From assembly GCA_018714685.1 (NCBI GenBank), contig DVNC01000050.1, positions 1-63,720 of the forward strand: DNA of 63,720 nt, given 5' to 3'. Shown one piece after another: positions 49,177-58,947 of this stretch; position 1 is the first letter of the stretch; each line of letters starts with the position of its first letter. Position numbers and translations under genes: made by a program. The stretch comes from Candidatus Scatocola faecipullorum. GTDB taxonomy: Bacteria; Pseudomonadota; Alphaproteobacteria; RF32; CAG-239. The notes beneath the pieces are model-generated. The model had not been told where the DNA came from. It saw only the letters and a list, made by a program, of their open reading frames with translations, and did not search any database.

Positions 49177-49626
49177 TTATTCAACGATCATAGCTGTAAA
49201 CTCAGCCTCCGACACCACCTGTCCGTCAACCATCGACTGGCCTTTGAACACAAAGATGTTGCGGCGTTCTTTGATTTTTTCAACGTGCATACGCAGCTGA
49301 TCTCCCGGTTTAACCGGCTTGCGGAATTTTACTCCGTCAATTGACATAAACAGCACGCTGCGTTTTTTATCGGCAAAGTCACCTTTGCCTGCAACCACAA
49401 TTGCCCCGGCAGTCTGCGCCATCGCTTCAATCTGCAGAACGCCCGGCATAACCGGATTTCCCGGGAAATGCCCCTGGAAAAACTCTTCGTTCATGGTAAC
49501 GTTTTTGATGCCGACGCCCTTTTCGCCCGGAATTTCAACTTCCAGACGGTCAACCAGCAAAAACGGATAACGGTGCGGCAGCATCTGCATAATTTCTTCA
49601 ATATGATAAATTTTAGTCTCTGACAT
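49177..49626 (-). CDS. fabZ: 3-hydroxyacyl-ACP dehydratase
   Basis: LPHRYPFLLVD, FFQGHFP..PVMPGVLQIEAMAQ. Confidence 0.98.
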   Translation of the reverse strand: MSETKIYHIEEIMQMLPHRYPFLLVDRLEVEIPGEKGVGIKNVTMNEEFFQGHFPGNPVMPGVLQIEAMAQTAGAIVVAGKGDFADKKRSVLFMSIDGVKFRKPVKPGDQLRMHVEKIKERRNIFVFKGQSMVDGQVVSEAEFTAMIVE

Positions 49627-49651
49627 TTCTGTTCCTTTTCAGTTAATTAAA

Positions 49652-50665
49652 CTACTTTTTCGACAGTTTCTGCAAATATGAAACCTGTCTCATAAAATCT
49701 TTCAGCGGGATAGCCGGATATCCCATCATAACGGCACCCGGTTCAACATCGCGCAACAAACCGGACTGTGCCCCGATCTGCGCACCGCTGCCGATATTCA
49801 AATGGTCGGCAAAGCCGGTCTGCCCGCCGCAAACCACATAATCGCCGAAGGTGCAGCTTCCGGCAATGCCGGTCTGTGCCACAATCACACAACCGCGCCC
49901 CAGCTTGTCATTATGGGCAATCTGAACCAGATTGTCCACCCGGCAACCGTCGCCGATAACCGTATCGTCCAAAGCCCCGCGGTCAACGCAGCTGTTGGCT
50001 CCGATTTCAACATCGTTCCCGATAATAACCCGGCCCAGCTGCGGAATGCGCTTATGCTGACCGTTAATCACCTGAAAACCGAAACCGTCCTGGCCGATTC
50101 GCGCTCCGGTAAAAATATAACAGTTATTGCCCATAATCGTATAGCAGACCGAGGCATTAACCCCGATGCGGCAATTATCACCGATTTGGCAGCCGCTGCC
50201 GATAACGGCGCCTGCTTCAATCACACAATTGACACCGATTTTGACTTTTTCGCCAATCACAACATTATCGCCGATACTGGCATTTTCACCGATAATCGCC
50301 GAGGGATGAATCCTTGCCGTTGACGCAATGTCACGTTTAGGCTGTTTTTCGGCATAAAAGGCCTCATTCAGCTTAATAAAGGCTATCTTCGGATTGGCCG
50401 CAATCAGCGCCGTCACGCCCGAAGGCAGAAACGGAGCCAGCTCAGCGGTTGTCACACAAGCGGAAGCTTTGATTTCTGCGGCTTTTCCTTTGGCTTTCTT
50501 ATCATAAAAGAAACAGATTTCCTCCGCTCCGGCTTTGGCCATGGTCGCAATGTCTTTGATTACGACATCGGCTTTGCCGGAATCCGCCAGCTCGGCCTCG
50601 CAGATTTCTGCAATCTGCCGCAGAGAAAACGGCCCTTTGTTAATATAAAACTGTGTATCAACCAT
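49652..50665 (-). CDS. lpxD: UDP-3-O-acylglucosamine N-acyltransferase
   Basis: [36 protein letters not shown]; start at MVDTQ (50665). Confidence 0.97.
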   Translation of the reverse strand: MVDTQFYINKGPFSLRQIAEICEAELADSGKADVVIKDIATMAKAGAEEICFFYDKKAKGKAAEIKASACVTTAELAPFLPSGVTALIAANPKIAFIKLNEAFYAEKQPKRDIASTARIHPSAIIGENASIGDNVVIGEKVKIGVNCVIEAGAVIGSGCQIGDNCRIGVNASVCYTIMGNNCYIFTGARIGQDGFGFQVINGQHKRIPQLGRVIIGNDVEIGANSCVDRGALDDTVIGDGCRVDNLVQIAHNDKLGRGCVIVAQTGIAGSCTFGDYVVCGGQTGFADHLNIGSGAQIGAQSGLLRDVEPGAVMMGYPAIPLKDFMRQVSYLQKLSKK

Positions 50666-50684
50666 TAATCCTCTCCTGTTGAGA

Positions 50685-52949
50685 TTACAGTCTCGAACCA
50701 AAGTTCAAACGGAAGACTTCCGTCTCGTCATAATCTTCTTTAACAATCGGGAACGCCAAATCAACATCGATTTGCCCCATCGGCGACTGCCACTGGAAAC
50801 CGAAACCGGCTGCAACACGCGGCGTATCCGAATATTCGACATAGTCTTCATTAATGTCATCCGGCTTACCAAGAATACCCATATCGACAAAGGTACGTCC
50901 GCGAACACCGACCTCGTCCAAACCGATCGGGAAAGACATCTCGGCACCGGAATAAATCATCCAGTTGCCGCCCAGCGCGTCTTTGGTAAACTTATCACGC
51001 GCACCGATACCGGCAAATTCAAAACCGCGCAGAGTTGAACCGCCCAAATAATAACGGTTGGACAAGCGGACGTTTTCATCACCGTAACCGGTAATATAAC
51101 CGCCGTTGATGAACAGCTTAAAGGTATAATAGTCAGCCAAAGTAAAATACTTATAAGCCTTACCGTCAAACTTCAGATACTTCTCGTCTCCGCCCAAACC
51201 GGCAACGTCGTTGCCGAATGACAGATAATAACCTTCTTTCGGGTTAATCGCACTGTCGCGCTTGTCATAAACCATCGTCTGACCGATTGAAGAGTTTGAA
51301 TAACGCCCCTCTTCTTCTTTAATGTAGATGGAAGCGTTGCGGTCAACGTTGCTGATTTTGTCTTCTTTCAGCGTATAACGCAGATACTGGGCAAAATCAT
51401 CGGTATAGTTCCAGCCTAAGCGCAAACGGCCGCCGGTAGATTCGCTGTCATAAGAACCTTCGTCCTGATAATCTTCTTCCGTACGGAACAAATCAATACC
51501 GGCACTCAGACGCCGTCCCATAAAATACGGCTCGGTAAAGCTCAGGTCATACTCGGACGTACGCTGCGAAACAGCTACGTCTGCACTCAGTTTCTGCCCC
51601 TTGCCCTGGAAGTTGTTTTCGGCAATACCGGCCCGGAACAAAGCTCCGTTCACCGTTGAATAGCCGACGCCGACATTGAAGGCACCCGTCGATTTTTCTT
51701 CAACATTGACATTGATGTCGGCCTTGCTGTCATCATTCGGATTCGGCTCAGTCTGAATATCAACCTTGCTGAAGTAGTTCAGATTTTCCACATTTCGGCG
51801 GGAAGCTCTGATTTTGGCCGCGTTAAAGGCATCGCCTTCGTCAATGCGGAACTCACGGCGGATAACTTCGTCTTCGGTACGGGTGTTTCCGGTAATGTTA
51901 ATCCGGTCGACAAACACGCGCTGGCCTTCGGCAATATTGAACGTCAACACCATTTTATTGCCTGAAGTTTTCTCCAGTTCCGGCGTAACATCCACAAAGG
52001 CAAAGCCTTTTTTGCCGAGTTCTTCCGTCAGAGCATAAACCGAACGCTCCGCCAAATCGGCATTATACCAGTCGCCTTTTTCCTGCTGAACCTGACCGCT
52101 CAAAGCCGCAACATCCACATCTTTAATCATCGACTGAATGCGGACGTCTTCCAGTTTATAACGGGGACCTTCGTCCAACACATAAGTAACAACAAAAGAT
52201 TTCTTGTCAGGGCTCAGTTCCGCCACCGCCGAAAGGACGCGAAAATCGGCATAACCGCGCTTCAGATAAAAGCGGCGCAGCAATTCCTTATCATAATTGG
52301 TCTTTTCGGGATCATAATTTTCCGAAGAAGAAAACAGACGGTACCAGCGGCTTTCCTTGCTCATGATTTCAGACTGCAGGTCATCGTCGGAATAATGGTG
52401 ATTGCCGATAAAGTTCACCTTGCTGATGGCTGCCGTCGGCCCTTCGCTGATTTCATAAACCAAATCAACGCGGTTTTGATCGCGTTTGATAATTTTGGGT
52501 TCTACGACCGTGGCATAACGGCCGGAACGTTTATACACTTCCAAAATTCGCTGAACATCGTCCTGAACTTTGGCAATATTATAAATGGAGCCTGATTTTA
52601 ACTGAACTTCGCTTTCCAGCAGCGTATCGTCAACTTTGTCGTTGCCGTCGAAAACCCGCTTATTGATAACCGGATTCTCCACGACTTTAACTGCCAGCAC
52701 CCCGTTGCCGCGGGCATCAATGTTTACATCGGCAAACAAACCGGTCTCAAACAGGCGTTTCATTGAACTGTTCAGATATTCCTGCGAGACGGAACTGCCC
52801 TGCTCGACATTCAGATAAGAGAGAACCGTTTCTCTTTCGACGCGCTGCAAACCGTCAACCTCAATCTGGCTGACATAAATTTCTGCGGCTTCAACCCGGC
52901 AAGACAATGCCAGACTGAACATTAAAGTAGCTAAACTAATCTTTTTCAT
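50685..52949 (-). CDS. bamA: Outer membrane protein assembly factor BamA
   Basis: POTRA repeats, LGGSTLRGF loop 6, W.SPMG, C-terminal FNFG.RL. Confidence 0.97.
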   Translation of the reverse strand: MKKISLATLMFSLALSCRVEAAEIYVSQIEVDGLQRVERETVLSYLNVEQGSSVSQEYLNSSMKRLFETGLFADVNIDARGNGVLAVKVVENPVINKRVFDGNDKVDDTLLESEVQLKSGSIYNIAKVQDDVQRILEVYKRSGRYATVVEPKIIKRDQNRVDLVYEISEGPTAAISKVNFIGNHHYSDDDLQSEIMSKESRWYRLFSSSENYDPEKTNYDKELLRRFYLKRGYADFRVLSAVAELSPDKKSFVVTYVLDEGPRYKLEDVRIQSMIKDVDVAALSGQVQQEKGDWYNADLAERSVYALTEELGKKGFAFVDVTPELEKTSGNKMVLTFNIAEGQRVFVDRINITGNTRTEDEVIRREFRIDEGDAFNAAKIRASRRNVENLNYFSKVDIQTEPNPNDDSKADINVNVEEKSTGAFNVGVGYSTVNGALFRAGIAENNFQGKGQKLSADVAVSQRTSEYDLSFTEPYFMGRRLSAGIDLFRTEEDYQDEGSYDSESTGGRLRLGWNYTDDFAQYLRYTLKEDKISNVDRNASIYIKEEEGRYSNSSIGQTMVYDKRDSAINPKEGYYLSFGNDVAGLGGDEKYLKFDGKAYKYFTLADYYTFKLFINGGYITGYGDENVRLSNRYYLGGSTLRGFEFAGIGARDKFTKDALGGNWMIYSGAEMSFPIGLDEVGVRGRTFVDMGILGKPDDINEDYVEYSDTPRVAAGFGFQWQSPMGQIDVDLAFPIVKEDYDETEVFRLNFGSRL

Positions 52950-52976
52950 AAGTCAAAATCCTAAAATACGGCTCAA

Positions 52977-54110
52977 TCAGGCGAACCATCTATGAAATAA
53001 ACGAACCATGTCGTTCCAGGTTGCAAATACCATTAAGGCAATTATTAAACTAAAACCGACTTTAAATAAAGAGTCTTTCAACTTGTTGTTGATTTCTTTT
53101 CCCGTAACTATTTCTATCAGGTAAATAACCACATGTCCGCCGTCCAGAACCGGTATCGGAAACAGGTTAATCAGTCCCAGATTTATCGACAGCAGGCACA
53201 TAAATACAATAAAATCCAGCAAGCCGCTTTTCTTGGAAATATCACCCGACATTTCGGCGATTCGGACAATGCCGCCCAATTCCTCGCCGCTGCGTTTTCC
53301 GGTAATCATCTGCCCAACCCCGCGCAGCGTGGCTTCGGTCACGTCCCAGGTCTCCTGACAGGCTTCCTTGACGGCCCCCCACAAAGACAGTTTTTCCTGT
53401 TCGACTTCAATCGCGTTAACCGATTTAACCCCCAGCATCGGACGCTTGGAGGTTTGTCCGTCATATTCCTGAACTTCAATTTCTTTCAACGGAAAAGTCA
53501 GCGTCATCTTTTTCCCGTCGCGCAACAGCTCAACCGTAGCGCGGCCGTCGGTAATTAAATCGACTTCTTTGCGGATGTCTTCAAAATAAGTAATCTTATG
53601 GCCGTTAATCGTCAAAATGCGGTCATTGGGAATAATCCCCGCCGCGTCGGCGGCACTGTCTTTAAAAACCTCACCAACCACCGGCGGAAAAGCAATTTTG
53701 CCGACAAAATAAAAGATTGCCGCAAAAACAACAATCGCAAACAGATAATTTGCTCCCGGACCGGCCAGCACGATTGCCAGTTTTTTAAACGGATTCTGAT
53801 AAGGAAAGGCAACCTTTTTCTGTTCCTCGCTCAGTTCTTCCGCCTTTTCGTCGGCCGTTGAGGAAGAAGCGTCGGCATCACCCAGAAACTGACAGTACCC
53901 CCCCAGAGGAACGGCCGAAATTTTCCAGGTAGTTCCCTTGGCATCTTTCCTGCTCCACAGTGTCTTGCCGAAACCGATAGAAAAAGCCTCAACCTGAACA
54001 CCCGTCAGCCGCGCCACGATAAAATGGCCGAATTCATGAACAAAAACCAAAATTCCCAGTAAAACGATAAAGGGAACGACATAATATACCGTATTAACTA
54101 ACCAATCCAT
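52977..54110 (-). CDS. rseP: Site-2 intramembrane metalloprotease
   Basis: HEFGH, PLGGY, AGPGAN, PDZ, NLFPIPVLDGGH. Confidence 0.97.
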   Translation of the reverse strand: MDWLVNTVYYVVPFIVLLGILVFVHEFGHFIVARLTGVQVEAFSIGFGKTLWSRKDAKGTTWKISAVPLGGYCQFLGDADASSSTADEKAEELSEEQKKVAFPYQNPFKKLAIVLAGPGANYLFAIVVFAAIFYFVGKIAFPPVVGEVFKDSAADAAGIIPNDRILTINGHKITYFEDIRKEVDLITDGRATVELLRDGKKMTLTFPLKEIEVQEYDGQTSKRPMLGVKSVNAIEVEQEKLSLWGAVKEACQETWDVTEATLRGVGQMITGKRSGEELGGIVRIAEMSGDISKKSGLLDFIVFMCLLSINLGLINLFPIPVLDGGHVVIYLIEIVTGKEINNKLKDSLFKVGFSLIIALMVFATWNDMVRLFHRWFA

Positions 54111-54121
54111 TTTTCCATACC

Positions 54122-54910
54122 TTAAAATAATAAGAAACCATATCTTAACACTAAGGCGACCAACGGCGCAGCAAAAATCATGCCGTCAATCCGATCAAAA
54201 ATTCCGCCGTGTCCCGGAATCAAATTACTGGAATCTTTCAATCCCAAATGCCGTTTTATTGACGATTCGATTAAATCGCCCATCTGCTCAACCACGGCAA
54301 TAATCATACCGAACAGGGCAAAAGCCAAATAAGCCTGCTGACTGCCCAGCCAGTGCGAATAGCCGACGCTGACGGCAGCCGCAAACACCATTCCTCCGAG
54401 CAGCCCCGACCAGGTTTTGTTCGGGCTGATTTTCGGCGCCAGTTTCGGACCTTTAACATTGGAACCGACCAGATAACCGCCGATATCCACGCTCCAGATA
54501 ACCAAAACGAACCAGATCGTCGTATAAGCCCCCACCAGATTAAACAGCCAGACCAGAGAACCGATGCCCAGCGAAATATAAGGAACCCCCAACGTCAGCA
54601 GGCGGCGGTGTTTCTCCTCCCCGGCCTTAAGCCAAACCAGCAGTGTTGCTGCCAGAATAACCGTCGCAATAACCGGTGCACTGCTTGTCAAAACCGCCGT
54701 TGCAACGGAAACCGTATAAATAATGCCGTAAACCGAAGCCTTGCCGTTGGGAACCATTGCCGCCCACTCCCAGGCCAGCAAAGCCCCGCCCGTCAGAGCC
54801 AGAAGATTAATCACCGGCGAACCGCAATAAACGGCCCACAAAACAACCGGAGCCAAAATCAGAGACGTAACGATTCTCTTCACGATTGCCGCCGCTTTAG
54901 TTTTTTCCAT
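54122..54910 (-). CDS. cdsA: Phosphatidate cytidylyltransferase
   Basis: DIGGY, KLAPKISPNKTWSG, GDLIES.IKR..G.KDS..LIPGHGG.FDRID; start 54910. Confidence 0.97.
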   Translation of the reverse strand: MEKTKAAAIVKRIVTSLILAPVVLWAVYCGSPVINLLALTGGALLAWEWAAMVPNGKASVYGIIYTVSVATAVLTSSAPVIATVILAATLLVWLKAGEEKHRRLLTLGVPYISLGIGSLVWLFNLVGAYTTIWFVLVIWSVDIGGYLVGSNVKGPKLAPKISPNKTWSGLLGGMVFAAAVSVGYSHWLGSQQAYLAFALFGMIIAVVEQMGDLIESSIKRHLGLKDSSNLIPGHGGIFDRIDGMIFAAPLVALVLRYGFLLF

Positions 54911-55607
54911 ATCTTCTCTCCCGGGTTTTAAAGTCATTAATAATGGCTGTCAGCTCATCTTTATTGAAATCAGGCCATAACGTTTTGGTAAAGAACAACT
55001 CGCTGTAAGCAATCTGCCATAACAGATAGTTGCTGACGCGCTGTTCGCCGCTGGTGCGAATAACCAGATCAGGATCCGGCATCGCCTGGGTATAGAGCAT
55101 TTCGGAAAACATTTTGGCGTCAATATCCTCCGCCTGCAAATCGCCTTTTTTAACCAATGCCGCCGCTTTTTTGACTGCGCTGACAATTTCCTGCCGCGAC
55201 CCGTAGCTTAAAGCCACGCAAAGCGTCAAACCGTCATTGCCCGCCGTATCAGCCTCCAGCTTGGCCATTGCCGCCGTAATATCCGGAGCCAGCATGTCAC
55301 GCTCGCCGATAAAACGGATGCGGACATTGTTCTTCTGCAGTTCCTGCAAATCGCTTTTCAAATATTGGCGCAACAGCCCCATCAGTGTTTCCACCTCATC
55401 GGGACTGCGCTGCCAGTTTTCAGTCGAAAAGGCATAAAGCGTCAGATATTTGACCCCCAGTTCTCCGGCGGCACGGGTAATTTCTTTCACCGTCTCGGCA
55501 CCTTTTTTATGTCCCATCGAACGCGGCAGCCCCCGTTTGGTCGCCCAGCGGCCGTTCCCGTCCATAATTATCGCAATATGCGTTAAACTGTTGTCTTCCT
55601 TAGTCAA
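54897..55607 (-). CDS. uppS: Undecaprenyl diphosphate synthase
   Basis: HIAIIMDGNGRWA, YAFSTENW.R, RTSGEQRVSNYLLWQ. Confidence 0.98.
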   Translation of the reverse strand: MTKEDNSLTHIAIIMDGNGRWATKRGLPRSMGHKKGAETVKEITRAAGELGVKYLTLYAFSTENWQRSPDEVETLMGLLRQYLKSDLQELQKNNVRIRFIGERDMLAPDITAAMAKLEADTAGNDGLTLCVALSYGSRQEIVSAVKKAAALVKKGDLQAEDIDAKMFSEMLYTQAMPDPDLVIRTSGEQRVSNYLLWQIAYSELFFTKTLWPDFNKDELTAIINDFKTRERRYGKN

Positions 55608-55680
55608 AACTTAAAACCTTGAATTAAGATAATATGTCATTATTCAAACTCCGGATCCGGCAAAACGCCGGTCACCCGGT

Positions 55681-56253
55681 TTAAACCTGCAAAATGTCCT
55701 TTTCCTTGGCAGACAGCATTTCTTCTATCTTTTTGATTGATTCGTCCGTCAGCTTCTGAATTTCGTTTTCAAAGCGTTTTTCTTCGTCCTCGGAAATCTG
55801 ATTGTCTTTTTTCAGTTTTTTGACATCATCCAGCGCATCGCGGCGAATGTTGCGGATAGCCACTTTATTCTGCTCGGCGTATTTGCCGGCGATTTTAACC
55901 AGTTCCTTGCGGCGTTCTTCGCTCAACGGCGGAATGGGAATACGGATAAGCTGGCCGTCGGATGCCGGATTCAGCCCCAAATCGGATTCGCGCAGCGCTT
56001 TGTCAACCGCCTTGGCCAGGCTGCGGTCCCAAATGCTGATAGACAGCGTCCGCGGATCGGGCACACTGACCGTTCCCACCTGAGACAACGGCGTCATTGA
56101 ACCGTAAGCCTCAACCATAATGCCGTCCAGCAGGCTGACATGAGCCCGGCCGGCCCGCAGGCTTCCGAAATCTCCTCTTAATGTTTCAATGGTTTTATCC
56201 ATTCTGCTTTTGCTGTCGCTTTTAATCTCACTGAAATCAGCCATATCTTTCAT
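55681..56253 (-). CDS. frr: Ribosome recycling factor
   Basis: LRAGRA, DLGLNP, IPPLSEERRKEL, IRNIRRD. Confidence 0.98.
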   Translation of the reverse strand: MKDMADFSEIKSDSKSRMDKTIETLRGDFGSLRAGRAHVSLLDGIMVEAYGSMTPLSQVGTVSVPDPRTLSISIWDRSLAKAVDKALRESDLGLNPASDGQLIRIPIPPLSEERRKELVKIAGKYAEQNKVAIRNIRRDALDDVKKLKKDNQISEDEEKRFENEIQKLTDESIKKIEEMLSAKEKDILQV

Positions 56254-56969
56254 ACCTCTTGCTTAATGATTGTAAAATTTCCCTGTCCCGAAACGGCATC
56301 GGCCAGCGCTTGATCGCCTTTTTGGGCAAACACGATAATCGGAATATTGTTTTCTCGCGCCAAGGCAACCGCAGCCGTGTCCATCACTTTCAGCTGCCGG
56401 TTGATAACCTCGTCATAAGTAACGGCCGTATAGCGCTGCGCACCGGAATTTTGCCGCGGATCGCTGTCATAAACGCCGTCCACCTGCGTTGCCTTGAACA
56501 AAGCATCGCACTGCATTTCGGAAGCGCGCAAAGCAGCTCCCGTATCGGTCGTAAAGTAAGGATTTCCCGTTCCGCCGGCAAAAATAATTACCCGATTCTT
56601 TTCCAAATGCCGCAGAGCCCGCCGATAAACATAATTTTCGCAGACATCGGGAATATGAATACCCGACATAACCCTGACGCTCACTCCGATTTTTTCCAGC
56701 GCGTTCTGCATTGACAGCGCATTCATCACCGTCGCCAGCATGCCGATTTGATCGGCCACCGTGCGGTTCATGCCGTTGACGGCTTCTTTTGCACCGCGGA
56801 AAATATTGCCGCCGCCGATAACCAGACAAATCTGCACGCCGTTTTCATGCACTTCTTTAATCTGCCCGGCCAGACGCTGGATAACCTCGGCAGACATTCC
56901 GAAGTTTTTGTCTCCCATCAGCCCTTCGCCCGACAGCTTCAGCAAAATTCGTTTATAGATTGGTTTCAT
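56250..56969 (-). CDS. pyrH: UMP kinase
   Basis: RILLKLSGEGL, GGGNIFRG, GMLATVMN, GTGNPYFTTD; start 56969. Confidence 0.98.
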   Translation of the reverse strand: MKPIYKRILLKLSGEGLMGDKNFGMSAEVIQRLAGQIKEVHENGVQICLVIGGGNIFRGAKEAVNGMNRTVADQIGMLATVMNALSMQNALEKIGVSVRVMSGIHIPDVCENYVYRRALRHLEKNRVIIFAGGTGNPYFTTDTGAALRASEMQCDALFKATQVDGVYDSDPRQNSGAQRYTAVTYDEVINRQLKVMDTAAVALARENNIPIIVFAQKGDQALADAVSGQGNFTIIKQEV

Positions 56970-57158
56970 TACCTTTTCCAGTTTATGAACAGTTTTCCTC
57001 ATATTAACTGTTTTTATTCTCTTGTCATCAACAAATTTCAGCTTTTATGCAGAAATTATCAATCACTCCATGCACATGTTACAAAAATAAGGTTGAAAAT
57101 TCGTTACGATGCGTTTAACAATTAAGTGCAGTTTTAACAACAGAATAGGCCATTAACA

Positions 57159-57800
57159 ATGACAATTACTTCAATATTTGCACTCTGCGCGCTCGGCGGT
57201 TATCTTCTGGGTTCAATTCCTTTCGGACTGGTGCTGACCCGTCTGGCCGGCCTCGGCGACATCCGCAAAATCGGCTCCGGCAACATCGGCGCCACCAATG
57301 TTCTGCGCACCGGACGCAAAGACTTGGCCTTGCTCACCGTTCTGCTTGATGCCTCCAAAGCGGGTATCGCCGCCTTTGTTGCCGCCAGCCTTGCTCCGGC
57401 GGCTGATTACGTCTTTCTCGGCAACATGACCCAGGTTAATGTTATTGCCGGACTGATTGCGGGTTCCGCCGGCGTTGTCGGACATAACTTTCCCGTCTGG
57501 CTGAAATTCAAGGGCGGCAAAGGCGTTGCCTCCACTTTCGGCTTTATTCTCGCAACCAATCCCCAGATTGCCCTGCTGGCTCTGGCCACCTGGCTGGTTT
57601 GTGCCGTCATCACCCGCTATTCTTCCCTTTCGGCCATCACCGCGGCAATCGCCACGCCTGTTTATGCTTTCTTTTTGGTAGAGCCGACTTATACCATCTT
57701 TTATACGGCCATCGCCCTGCTCGTTTTGCTGCGCCACCGCGCCAACATAGTCCGTCTGGCCAAAGGCGAAGAAAGCAAAATCAGCTTCAAGAAGAAATAA
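57159..57800 (+). CDS. plsY: Glycerol-3-phosphate acyltransferase
   Basis: YLLGSIPFG, GSGNIGATNVLR, GHNFPVW..FKGGKGVA, HRANI.RL..GEE. Confidence 0.98.
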   Translation: MTITSIFALCALGGYLLGSIPFGLVLTRLAGLGDIRKIGSGNIGATNVLRTGRKDLALLTVLLDASKAGIAAFVAASLAPAADYVFLGNMTQVNVIAGLIAGSAGVVGHNFPVWLKFKGGKGVASTFGFILATNPQIALLALATWLVCAVITRYSSLSAITAAIATPVYAFFLVEPTYTIFYTAIALLVLLRHRANIVRLAKGEESKISFKKK

Positions 57801-57806
57801 CTGTCG

Positions 57807-58931
57807 ATGGCGGCCGAAAACAAAATACTTGATTACATTCAGCTGATTAATTCTGCAAACATCGGCCCCGTCACTTTCTACAAACTGCTGCGGCAATATG
57901 GCTCGGCAGAAGCCGCTTTGGCGGCTCTTCCTGCCGGCAGGCGTACTTTTTCGCGTTCGGCCGCTCAAAAAGAATTCGAACTCGCCCGCCGCCAAAATAT
58001 CAGGCTCCTCGCCTTTGACGACCCGGAATATCCCGAAAACCTTCGCGCCGCAGAAGACGCTCCGCCCGTCATCTATGTGAGGGGACAGATAAACTGTCTG
58101 CGGCAGCCGCTCAGCCTGTCAATCGTCGGAGCCCGCAACGCCTCGCTCAACGGCCGTAAACTGGCTTCGCAAATTTCCTGTGAGCTGACCTCTCAGGGGA
58201 TTATGATTGTCTCCGGCATGGCACGCGGCATCGATACCGCGGCACACAAAGGCGCAATGTTCGCCCTGAACCGCAGCGGAAGCACCGTTGCCGTCCTCGG
58301 AACCGGCATTGATATCGCCTATCCCGCCGAAAACCAAAAGCTCTGCGAACAAATTGCCGGGCAAGGTGCCGTTATTTCCGAATTTCCGCTCGGAACCGAA
58401 CCGTCGGCAGGCAACTTTCCCCGCCGTAACCGCATTGTTTCCGCTCTCACCGACGGCACATTGGTCGTCGAAGCTTCGCTGCATTCCGGTTCGCTGATAA
58501 CCGCCCGGCTGGCATTGGAACAGGGACGTGACGTTTTTGCCGTTCCCGGTTTTCCCACCGACGAGCGTTCCGCCGGCCCCAACAAACTGATAAAAGACGG
58601 CGCCTTTCTGGTTGAAAATGCCGAAGACATTCTTAATGTCTTGAGCGCGGACGCCCGCCGGAAAATTCCCCGGACACCCCGTCCCGTTCAAACGGATTTA
58701 TTTGTTAAACCTCTTGACAAAGAATCAAAAACTGCCGATATTCCAGACACCGCATCGCCGGATCGGGAAACGGACATTCTCAGCCTGCTGACCCCTGCCG
58801 GCGTTTATGTGGACGAACTTATCCGGGTTTCCGGTCTGGATTCGGCCGCCGTCTCGCTCCGGCTGTTGGAGTTGGAAATGGAAGGGCGGATTGAGCGCCA
58901 GGTCGGCAACAAAGTCGCGTTAATTAAGTAA
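57807..58931 (+). CDS. dprA: DNA-processing protein DprA
   Basis: IVGAR.AS, IVSGMARGID.AAH, FPRRNRIV, SGSLITA..A.EQGRDVFAVPG. Confidence 0.98.
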   Translation: MAAENKILDYIQLINSANIGPVTFYKLLRQYGSAEAALAALPAGRRTFSRSAAQKEFELARRQNIRLLAFDDPEYPENLRAAEDAPPVIYVRGQINCLRQPLSLSIVGARNASLNGRKLASQISCELTSQGIMIVSGMARGIDTAAHKGAMFALNRSGSTVAVLGTGIDIAYPAENQKLCEQIAGQGAVISEFPLGTEPSAGNFPRRNRIVSALTDGTLVVEASLHSGSLITARLALEQGRDVFAVPGFPTDERSAGPNKLIKDGAFLVENAEDILNVLSADARRKIPRTPRPVQTDLFVKPLDKESKTADIPDTASPDRETDILSLLTPAGVYVDELIRVSGLDSAAVSLRLLELEMEGRIERQVGNKVALIK

Positions 58932-58947
58932 AGATGGAAGTAAGGTT

